Shown here piece by piece: positions 34,488 to 42,904 of a DNA stretch of 64,000 bases. A program made the position numbers and the translations under genes. A model generated the notes under the pieces. That model was not told the DNA's origin. It saw only the letters and a list, made by a program, of their open reading frames with translations, and made no database searches. The number at the start of each line of letters is the position of its first letter. The stretch's first letter is position 1. This DNA comes from Robertmurraya sp. (lineage in GTDB: Bacteria > Bacillota > Bacilli > Bacillales > Cytobacillaceae), in assembly GCA_025451895.1 (NCBI GenBank), contig JANWJP010000091.1, forward strand, positions 1,898 through 65,897. The letters run 5' to 3'.

Positions 34488-35480
34488 ATGAATGAAGGAA
34501 AAAGCGGGCACCGGTTTTTAATTACCGGCTGCAGCGGATTTATCGGGTTCCATTTATCCAAGCGGCTTCTTGAAGAGGGAAACGAAGTTATCGGGCTTGA
34601 TAGCCTCAATGATTACTATGATTTGAAATTGAAAACGGATCGGTTGGCCATTTTACAAAAAAACCGCCATTTTTCTTTTTATAAAGGAAGCGTGGAAAAC
34701 TTGGAGCTTTTGGAAAATATTTTCATGCAGCACCGCTTTGATGTGGTTATCCACATGGCTGCCCAGGCGGGGGTCAGGTACAGCCTGAAAAATCCTTATC
34801 AATACGTGCATACAAATGTAACGGGATTTTTAAATATTCTTGAATGCTGCAAGACTTGGAAGATAAATCATTTATTATATGCGTCTTCCAGTTCCGTTTA
34901 CGGGGCAAATGGCAGTATCCCTTTTTCGGAACAAGATTGTACGGAAAAACCGGTAAATATTTATGCGGCAACAAAAAAGGCGAATGAGTTGATGGCATAT
35001 TCGTACAGCCATATATATAAGCTTCCGGTGACCGGATTGCGTTTTTTTACAGTGTATGGCCCCTGGGGAAGGCCTGATATGGCCGTGTTCACATTTACTG
35101 AAGCCATTGTGAAAGGAAAGCCGATAGAAGTTTATAATTACGGAAATATGAAACGGGATTTTACGTATATTGATGATGTGGTGGAGTCGATGGTACGTCT
35201 GATTAAAAAGGGGCCTCCTGCACTGCCGTTGCCTTGTGAAGTGTACAATATCGGAAATCATAAGCCTGTTGAAGTAAAGTATTTGATTGACTGTCTTGAG
35301 CGGCAACTCGGAATCCCGGCAAAAAAAGTCTTTCTGCCAATGCAGCCGGGGGAAGTCCCAGAGACATATGCTGATATTGACGGGCTCAAAAAAGCAATTA
35401 ACTATCAACCGCGCATCTCTATTGAGGAAGGGATTAAAAGATTCGTTTCCTGGTATAAAGATTATTATCAAATTGGTTAA
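34488..35480 (+). CDS. NAD-dependent sugar-nucleotide epimerase (UDP-glucuronate 4-epimerase-like, SDR family)
   Basis: GCSGFIGFHL Rossmann motif and YAATKKANE (YxxxK) catalytic motif. Start trimmed to ATG 34488. Confidence 0.85.
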   Translation: MNEGKSGHRFLITGCSGFIGFHLSKRLLEEGNEVIGLDSLNDYYDLKLKTDRLAILQKNRHFSFYKGSVENLELLENIFMQHRFDVVIHMAAQAGVRYSLKNPYQYVHTNVTGFLNILECCKTWKINHLLYASSSSVYGANGSIPFSEQDCTEKPVNIYAATKKANELMAYSYSHIYKLPVTGLRFFTVYGPWGRPDMAVFTFTEAIVKGKPIEVYNYGNMKRDFTYIDDVVESMVRLIKKGPPALPLPCEVYNIGNHKPVEVKYLIDCLERQLGIPAKKVFLPMQPGEVPETYADIDGLKKAINYQPRISIEEGIKRFVSWYKDYYQIG

Positions 35481-35523
35481 TATTTTTCACAGAAGAAATG
35501 CAGCCGTCGATTTCAGCCATTCG

Positions 35524-35561
35524 GACCGGAAAAGGACAAGCTCTCTTTTCCGGTCTTTTCT
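35524..35561 (+). terminator. Intrinsic terminator after the epimerase gene
   Basis: Perfect 11-bp stem GACCGGAAAAG / CTTTTCCGGTC, followed by TTTTCTG. Confidence 0.85.
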
Positions 35562-36159
35562 GTGGAAAAATCTTTCTATTCATCCATGGTTTTGAATAAT
35601 AGTTCGCGGGGCTTTATTGAAAAAATTGGCACCGCACAACGGAAGTTATTCTCATATAACAGTTTTATTGTTGAATACTGTTAATAAACCGCTTTTTAAA
35701 GATCTTTTGACTCAGGAAAAAGGGCTCTGAAAGCAGAGAAAAATTTTAAGAAAGGAGAAACTACCCATTTTTTATGGGTAGATGCAAACAGAAGTGGAAA
35801 ATGATTCATAATTTTTGCAAACATAACCATTATATTCATAAATAGACCGGATGAAATTAATTTTTGAAACTTTTATAACGAAAAAGAAAATAGTCGTAGT
35901 CAAAAACACCTTGATCATGATGAAATACAGTCTTTTTATCTGCAAAATGGGAGATTTTTGTGAAATCATTCCTGATAATAAGAAAAAATTTTGACATTTC
36001 TGTATAACTTATTACTTATACTATAAAGGAATTCTTTTAAAATTTGACAAGTTATTATACAATAATATTGAGTCGATATTTGTTGAAACATGACGAATAT
36101 CACAAATTTTTTTATTTTTTTCTTCATTATAGTGACAAATACCTAGAGCTCGAAAAGGG

Positions 36160-37929
36160 GTGAAAAAATTGGAGGAGCTGATACTGTCTGTCTTATCTTT
36201 GATCATTCTTGTCCCGATTATTTATTTTTTTCCGTTGGGGCTTACAAATAAGGGGAAAGCAGTCATCATAATCACGTCTTTTTTATTGGCAAATATAGGT
36301 TTATTATCGCAGAATATTCTCCCCTTATGGATACTGTGGCTTGTCCTTGCCCTGTTGGTTTTTTTGATCACCTATGTTATGCAGGACAGGTTCCGGGAAG
36401 TGTTGTTTGCAGGCGCTTCCGGAGAAAAAACTGTCCGGGAACCGGTGAATCAAAAGGAAACGGGTTCCAGTGGTGTTGATCATTATTATTCGATACGGGA
36501 ACAACAGGGGAACACTGCCGAAGAGCAGATTCCGGTATTTTCAGAGGAAAGCGCTTTTACTGAAGATGTGGAGCATTTGACAATATCTGAACAAGAGGCG
36601 CTTGAGGATGAAGTTTCCGGGCTGACAGAAGAAGAGGATGAGCAGGTTTATTTCGACGGGAAAGAAGATGTGTCCTCGGATGCGGAACAAATCGATGCAT
36701 CGGTTCTCGAGTCTCGGGAGGAAGAGGATGCAGTGGAGACGGAATATCTGTTTGAAGATGAGAAGAGCGGACAGGATGATGTTGTTTCTGAATCCCGATA
36801 TATGGGTGAGGTTGAACGCTTCCTTGAGGAAGAGTATACAGAAGAAGAATTCTCAGAGTTTCCTCACGACCGGGAAGAAGAAAGCCCTGACGCGGTCCTT
36901 GGGGAACTTCCAATCGATGATTTGGATAAAACTGAATTAAGTCCGGATTTGGCATCTGAAACGGCAGACCAGGAAGAGGCCGGGGATTCGGATACAGATT
37001 TATTCGGATTTGCCGTTGACTTTGCATCTGAAGCCGGGGCGGATGATGAACAGCTTGAGACATTACATAAAGGCGAAGATGACGCGGAAAGCCTGTATCT
37101 GACACCGGATGAAGAAATGATTATTTTTGATTCAGAAGAAGATGATATTGAAGAAGGCGGGCCGATGCCGGATGAAGCTGCGGCTGCATCAGAGTTAACA
37201 GAAGAGGAAGAACTTTTTGCAGACTTTGATGATCATTTGGACATTGCTTCCGAAATTGCCCAAGAAAGGCAAATGGAAATGACAGACAGGGAAGAAAGTC
37301 CGGAAGTTGAAGATGCAGCCATTGATGAGAGCATGGATTTATTCTTTACAGAGCTTGAAGAAGTAATGATTGAAAAAGAAACTGAAACTGATCCCGGGGT
37401 GCCGAAAGATGAATTTGAATCTTGGGCAGGATTTGCAGAGTTTTATGAACAGGAAACCGGAGAAGAAGATGAATATCCGGAAAGTGAACCTGCCCCCCGC
37501 GGAGAGGAAGAAGAGGAAGACATATTGGACGAAGCTTTCGTTCAACCCGAAATTTCAACAAGTTCACAAATGGCGGATAGTATGGTGCAGACGGTTGAGG
37601 AAAGAGGACAGGAGGAAGAGGTGTCCGAGGAAACAAGGGCGCTTCAGCAGCAAATGTTCCATTTGCTTGTCTCTCAACTGGAACTGGAAGGCAAACGCCT
37701 GCCGGCTCATCAGTATGAAATGTTAATTAAGGAACATATGATTGACAGCCTGTCTCCCCGCGATTATTACACATTTGCAAGCATGCTGACGGAACACTAT
37801 ATAAGGAATAAAGAACTGGGTAAATTGAATGAATTATTGTGTGATTTACGTGAAAAATTTGCGAAATATCCTGTTTTATCAATGGAAATTCAATATTTAT
37901 ATGAACAATATTGTAAAAATGCATTATAA
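36160..37929 (+). CDS. Membrane-anchored polyacidic protein, unknown function
   Basis: The N-terminal ~75 aa hold three hydrophobic helices. A D/E-rich low-complexity region of several hundred residues follows; I count 40 D/E in the 100 aa starting EESAFTEDVE. The last ~110 aa form a helical, non-acidic domain. GTG 36160 or TTG 36169 could be the start. Confidence 0.7.
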   Translation: MKKLEELILSVLSLIILVPIIYFFPLGLTNKGKAVIIITSFLLANIGLLSQNILPLWILWLVLALLVFLITYVMQDRFREVLFAGASGEKTVREPVNQKETGSSGVDHYYSIREQQGNTAEEQIPVFSEESAFTEDVEHLTISEQEALEDEVSGLTEEEDEQVYFDGKEDVSSDAEQIDASVLESREEEDAVETEYLFEDEKSGQDDVVSESRYMGEVERFLEEEYTEEEFSEFPHDREEESPDAVLGELPIDDLDKTELSPDLASETADQEEAGDSDTDLFGFAVDFASEAGADDEQLETLHKGEDDAESLYLTPDEEMIIFDSEEDDIEEGGPMPDEAAAASELTEEEELFADFDDHLDIASEIAQERQMEMTDREESPEVEDAAIDESMDLFFTELEEVMIEKETETDPGVPKDEFESWAGFAEFYEQETGEEDEYPESEPAPRGEEEEEDILDEAFVQPEISTSSQMADSMVQTVEERGQEEEVSEETRALQQQMFHLLVSQLELEGKRLPAHQYEMLIKEHMIDSLSPRDYYTFASMLTEHYIRNKELGKLNELLCDLREKFAKYPVLSMEIQYLYEQYCKNAL

Positions 37930-38006
37930 ATTTACCAGTCCATGTTAAAATGATGTATCATAAGTAGTAGTCTTTGTGAACTTATAGATTAGGTGTGGTG
38001 AATGTG

Positions 38007-38828
38007 ATGAAAAAAAGTGTTCAGATTAACGGTCTGCCGATTATCAGCATTGCTGACGGGAATCAGGTTGGGAAGGTAAAATCGCTTGTCATCAATCCCG
38101 ACAAGGGTTCTGTCGATTTTTTAACCATAGAACATGAAGATTTTCAAGTCAGCGTTAAAGCCATTCCTTTTAAAAAGATTGTTGGAATTGGCGAATATGC
38201 TGTAACTGTCGGCAGTGAAAATGCGGTAATTGACTTGAATGAAATCCCGATCGCAAATCAGCTTGTTAATAAAAAGATCAAAATCAATAATACAAAAGTC
38301 ATGACCCGAAAGGGAGAGCTGATCGGCGAAGTCCAGGAGTATTTTATTGATGATGAATCGGGACTGATTCTTGGAATGGAGTTAAAAGTGGAAGAAGAAG
38401 TGGTTTACCTTGCATCAAACTCTGTGGTGACTTTTGGGAAAGACATCATCATTGTAAATGAGGATGCTGCTTCCACATTTTTAAGCTCCCTGGCTGAACT
38501 TGAAGGAGGCCCGGCTCCGGCTGAAAGTGAGAGCGTTGTTCCTGAAAAAAAAGTTTTGGATGAGGAACAACAAGCGGAACCAGAAGTGACAGAAGAAGTG
38601 CCTCTGAATACACAACCGGAAAAAATTGCCGAAGATGATGAAGTAAGAGCTTTGAAGGCAAGACAAATAGATCTTTTGGCAGGCAAGAAACTCACAAAAA
38701 ACATCTACGGTAAAAATGGTGTTATTCTTTTCCGTGAAGGTACTGTCCTAACCCGGGAGGATATTGAAAAGGCGCAGGAAGAAGGACCAAGCGTTGTTGT
38801 AGAGATATCTATGAATGTTGAAGCATAA
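38007..38828 (+). CDS. Tandem PRC-barrel domain protein
   Basis: Two PRC-barrel-like units (INGLPIISIADGNQVGKVKSLVINPDKGSVDFL and KVMTRKGELIGEVQEYFIDDESGLILGMEL), an acidic linker and a short C-terminal domain. Confidence 0.6.
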   Translation: MKKSVQINGLPIISIADGNQVGKVKSLVINPDKGSVDFLTIEHEDFQVSVKAIPFKKIVGIGEYAVTVGSENAVIDLNEIPIANQLVNKKIKINNTKVMTRKGELIGEVQEYFIDDESGLILGMELKVEEEVVYLASNSVVTFGKDIIIVNEDAASTFLSSLAELEGGPAPAESESVVPEKKVLDEEQQAEPEVTEEVPLNTQPEKIAEDDEVRALKARQIDLLAGKKLTKNIYGKNGVILFREGTVLTREDIEKAQEEGPSVVVEISMNVEA

Positions 38829-38845
38829 AAAGGAGGCCGATTCAT

Positions 38846-40147
38846 GTGGGGAATCAGCAACCTCTAAAGCTTTTTCTGGCTTTGCTCATTAGTACCGTAT
38901 ATATTTTCAGCTTCTCACAACTCGGTGCTTTGGCATACAACGCTTTTTCCGGAAGTAAAAATTATTTTGCCGAAGGAACGATTATCGGGAACCTTCCCGT
39001 TGCCGGGAAAACGGAGGAGGAGGCAAAAAAGCTTGTCGATGAGGAGATCTCCAAGTGGTTAGCCAATACGACGATTACCGTTCAATATTTGGGAAAAAGC
39101 AAAACGCTGGATTTAAGCTACATTCAATTTGATTCAGAAGCAAGTGTGTCCCAGGCACGGCACGGAATCAAGAATTTGGTTGTTGCCGACATCAGTTCAC
39201 TGAATGATTTTTTGAAGTCTCTGTACCCTTCCATCAATTTGGAGGAATTTAATGTAAAGGCATTGGAAAATGAGATATTGAACAGCGCAGCAGTTTTGGA
39301 GCCCGGGGACTATCAATACCGTGTAGAAAATTTTAATATTTCGGTTTCTTTGCAGGAAGATGCCGTTATCAAAGAATCTCCTATTGTTCTGAACCCTCAG
39401 AATGATGAACTTGAAGCATTTGCCGGGAAAACGCTTAAAATTGAACCCAAGGCACATTTTTCTCTGCTGAACAGTCTTAAAGAAGAAGGGTTGGATACGC
39501 TGCCCGGACAAGCGTTGAATAAAATTGCTTCCGCTGTTTATACAGTTATTTTGCCAACCAATTTCACCGTACTTGAAAGGCATATAAGCAATACTCTGCC
39601 TGCTTATGCAGTACTGGGATTAGAGGCGAAGGTGGATCCAGCCAAGAATTTTGACCTGGCGTTTTCGAATCCCAATGATTCCGAATATGCCATTCAATTT
39701 ACGAAAAAGGATCAATCTCTCATCGTCTCCTTAACTGGTCCGGAATTTTTGAATGAGTATGTAATTACCATGGAAGAGGAAAAATCTTTTGAGCCGAAGA
39801 CGATTGTACAATACAGTCCCCTGAAAAAAGGGAAGCAAGTTAAATCGGAAGGCATAAAGGGATTGTACATCCAAGTGTATCGGGAGTCTCATGATCAAAG
39901 CGGAGCTCTTCTGCAAAAAATGCTCATTTCTGAAGACTTTTATGCTCCTGTCCATCGCGTTGAAATCCACCCGCTTCGGGATGATGCGGATGGAACCGGT
40001 TCGGACGATGAACAGACAGGGGGAGAAAACGGGACTGACAAAGACCAAGATGAAAAGGGAGAAAATAATGGCGGAGAAGATGAATCCGGTGATGAAAGGT
40101 CAGATGATGACCTGTGGGGAAGCCCGAATGAAATACCAAAAAGATAA
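38846..40147 (+). CDS. VanW-like protein with G5-like domain and acidic tail
   Basis: N-terminal TM/signal anchor. VanW-like core (ASAVYTVILPTNFTVLERHISNTLPAYAVLGLEAKVD..DLAFSNPNDSEYAIQF), G5-like segment (KGKQVKSEGIKGLYIQVYRE) and a D/E/G-rich tail. GTG start 10 nt after AAAGGAGG. Confidence 0.55.
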   Translation: MGNQQPLKLFLALLISTVYIFSFSQLGALAYNAFSGSKNYFAEGTIIGNLPVAGKTEEEAKKLVDEEISKWLANTTITVQYLGKSKTLDLSYIQFDSEASVSQARHGIKNLVVADISSLNDFLKSLYPSINLEEFNVKALENEILNSAAVLEPGDYQYRVENFNISVSLQEDAVIKESPIVLNPQNDELEAFAGKTLKIEPKAHFSLLNSLKEEGLDTLPGQALNKIASAVYTVILPTNFTVLERHISNTLPAYAVLGLEAKVDPAKNFDLAFSNPNDSEYAIQFTKKDQSLIVSLTGPEFLNEYVITMEEEKSFEPKTIVQYSPLKKGKQVKSEGIKGLYIQVYRESHDQSGALLQKMLISEDFYAPVHRVEIHPLRDDADGTGSDDEQTGGENGTDKDQDEKGENNGGEDESGDERSDDDLWGSPNEIPKR

Positions 40148-40170
40148 CAGTCATAAACGGGGATGATTTT

Positions 40171-41829
40171 ATGAAACCGACCCGGAAACGCCTCGGAGAT
40201 TTACTTCTTGAAGCTGGTCTGATCACAGAGGATCAGCTTCAATCCGCATTAAAGGATAAAAAACCGAATCAAAAGCTGGGGGATGCATTGCTGAAAAAGG
40301 GTTTTATTACGGAACAGCAATTAATTGAAGTGTTGGAACTGCAATTGGGAATCCCCCATGTCAGTCTTTACAGATACCCGTTTGATACAAATTTGTTTAA
40401 TTTGGTCCCCAAGGAAACGGCAAAAAGAAATCTTCTTATCCCTATAAAAAAACAGGATGACAAATTATATGTGGCAATGGCCGATCCGATTGACTTTTTT
40501 GCCATTGAAGACCTGAGGCTGTCAACCGGGTTTCAAATCGAACCCGTTCTGGCTTCAAAAGATGATATCCTCCGTGCTATCAGCAAGTACTATGACATTG
40601 AAGACGGTTTTGAGGAAATGTTTGCGGATCAATCCGCGGAAGATAATCGGGAAGAGGACATTACCCATGAAGATTCGCCTGTTGTCCGTCTGGTTAACCA
40701 GATTCTCTCCAATGCCGTGACATTAAGGGCAAGCGATATCCATCTGGATCCGCAGGAAACCAAGATCCTTGTCCGGTACAGAATCGACGGTGTTTTACGG
40801 ACGGAAAGAGTATTGCCGAAGCGGATGCAAAGCGTGATTACCGCCAGAATAAAAATTATGTCGAATTTGAATATTACGGAACACCGGATTCCACAGGACG
40901 GAAGAATAAAAGTGAATATTGATTTTCGTCCAATTGATATTCGTGTTTCCACCCTGCCGACTGTATATGGGGAAAAGATTGTGTTGCGGATTCTTGATTT
41001 AAGTACTGCCATTATTGATATCAACAGACTTGGTTTTAATAAACTGAATTTACAGCGCTATCAAAGTTTAATAGAAAAACCAAACGGAATCATTCTTATT
41101 ACAGGCCCGACCGGTTCCGGAAAGTCATCCACATTATATGCAACTTTAAATCATTTAAACAGTGAAGAGGTTAATATTATTACGATTGAGGATCCGGTAG
41201 AGTACCAAATTGAAGGAGTCAATCAGATTCAAGTAAATCCCAATGTGGGCATGACATTTGCAGCTGGATTGCGGTCCATTCTCCGTCAGGATCCGAACAT
41301 TATCATGGTCGGGGAAATCCGTGACAAAGAGACGGCCGAGATTGCCGTCCGTGCTTCGCTCACCGGACATTTGGTATTAAGTACCTTGCATACCAATGAT
41401 TCGCTCGGATCTGTAACGAGATTAATAGATATGGGAGTGGAACCGTTTTTGGTTGCTTCTTCGGTTTCAGGCATTGTGGCCCAGCGTCTTGTCAGAAGAG
41501 TATGCCGGGACTGTGCTGAAGAACATGAGCCGACAAAAAGAGAAAAAGAAATTTTTGCAAAACGCGGATTAACGATTGACAGAATTGTCCGTGGCCGCGG
41601 CTGTTCCTCATGTCATATGACTGGTTACCGCGGCAGAATGGCAATTCAGGAGGTTCTCGTCCTTGATGACGAAATGCGCCGCGTAATCATGGATTCGGAG
41701 TCTTTTACCAAACTTCGAAGTCTGGCAATTAGGAATAAGACAATTTTCTTAATTGATGACGGTCTACTGAAAATAAAGAAAGGTCTGACAACTACAGAAG
41801 AAGTTCTCAGAGTGGCCTTGCCGGATTAG
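40171..41829 (+). CDS. pilB: Type IV pilus assembly ATPase PilB (GspE family) with N-terminal MshEN-type domain
   Basis: Walker A GPTGSGKSST, Asp box, Walker B IIMVGEIRD, His box, and a tetracysteine Zn motif CRDC..CSSC. N-terminal RLGDLLLEAGLI.. repeat. Confidence 0.92.
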   Translation: MKPTRKRLGDLLLEAGLITEDQLQSALKDKKPNQKLGDALLKKGFITEQQLIEVLELQLGIPHVSLYRYPFDTNLFNLVPKETAKRNLLIPIKKQDDKLYVAMADPIDFFAIEDLRLSTGFQIEPVLASKDDILRAISKYYDIEDGFEEMFADQSAEDNREEDITHEDSPVVRLVNQILSNAVTLRASDIHLDPQETKILVRYRIDGVLRTERVLPKRMQSVITARIKIMSNLNITEHRIPQDGRIKVNIDFRPIDIRVSTLPTVYGEKIVLRILDLSTAIIDINRLGFNKLNLQRYQSLIEKPNGIILITGPTGSGKSSTLYATLNHLNSEEVNIITIEDPVEYQIEGVNQIQVNPNVGMTFAAGLRSILRQDPNIIMVGEIRDKETAEIAVRASLTGHLVLSTLHTNDSLGSVTRLIDMGVEPFLVASSVSGIVAQRLVRRVCRDCAEEHEPTKREKEIFAKRGLTIDRIVRGRGCSSCHMTGYRGRMAIQEVLVLDDEMRRVIMDSESFTKLRSLAIRNKTIFLIDDGLLKIKKGLTTTEEVLRVALPD

Positions 41830-41839
41830 GGGTGAAAAA

Positions 41840-42904
41840 ATGGATGCATCGTTAAAAGATATTCTCACTATTGCACATAAGGCCGGGGCTTCCGATGTTC
41901 ATTTGACTTGCGGTTCACCTCCGGTTTTCAGGATACACGGGGGCTTGAAGAGATATGGAACAAAACCGTTAGCTCCTGTTGATACGGAAAGATTTGCAAA
42001 AGAAATATTTCCCGAGAGAATGTGGCAAGTATTCAAGAAAAACAATGAAACTGATTTCACCTACTTGTTGCCCGAAGTATCACGGTTCCGGATCAATGCT
42101 TATTACCAGCGCTCCTGTGTGGCTTTGGCTATTCGTGTCATTCCGAATAAGGTGCCTACTATTGATCAATTGGCTCTTCCCTCTGTATTAAAAGAAATTG
42201 CCAAAAGCCCCCAGGGTTTAATTCTCGTTACCGGGCCGTCCGGAAGCGGGAAAACTTCAACATTAGCAGCAATCATCCAATATATTAATCAAAACATGAG
42301 CAAACACATTATTACTTTGGAAGATCCGGTTGAATATTTGCATGTGCATAATAAATCAATCATTGAACAGCGGGAAATAGGGTTAGATACACAAAGCTTT
42401 GCTAACGGACTCCGTTCAGCGTTGCGGCAGGATCCGGATGTAGTCCTTGTCGGCGAAATGAGAGATTTGGAGACGATTCAAACAGCGATTACGGCGGCTG
42501 AAACCGGACATTTAGTTCTTGCAACTCTGCATACGTACAGTACACCGGCCGCAATCCATCGAATTATTGATGTGTTTCCGCCCAGCCAGCAGTCTCAAAT
42601 TCGTTATCAACTGTCAATGGTTCTTGTTGCCATTATCGCGCAAAGGCTGTTTCCTGCCATGGACGGGAACGGTCAAAGAGTGGCAACTGAAATTCTTATT
42701 AATAATGCGGCAATTGCCAACTTAATTCGGACGGAAAAAGTACACCAGATTGTAAACGTTCTGCAAATATCACGACAGCAAGGGATGCACACCCTTGAGG
42801 CAAGTATTAAAGAGCTTGTAAAAAATAACAGTATCTCAAAAGAGGATGCAGATACATTCTTACGGGAGAAGAAGAATCATGGCGAGATTCAAATACTCAG
42901 GTAG
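41840..42904 (+). CDS. pilT: Type IV pilus retraction ATPase PilT
   Basis: ASDVHL, Walker A GPSGSGKTST, Walker B VVLVGEMRD, ATLHT. About 350 aa with no N-terminal extension, as typical for PilT. Confidence 0.9.
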   Translation: MDASLKDILTIAHKAGASDVHLTCGSPPVFRIHGGLKRYGTKPLAPVDTERFAKEIFPERMWQVFKKNNETDFTYLLPEVSRFRINAYYQRSCVALAIRVIPNKVPTIDQLALPSVLKEIAKSPQGLILVTGPSGSGKTSTLAAIIQYINQNMSKHIITLEDPVEYLHVHNKSIIEQREIGLDTQSFANGLRSALRQDPDVVLVGEMRDLETIQTAITAAETGHLVLATLHTYSTPAAIHRIIDVFPPSQQSQIRYQLSMVLVAIIAQRLFPAMDGNGQRVATEILINNAAIANLIRTEKVHQIVNVLQISRQQGMHTLEASIKELVKNNSISKEDADTFLREKKNHGEIQILR

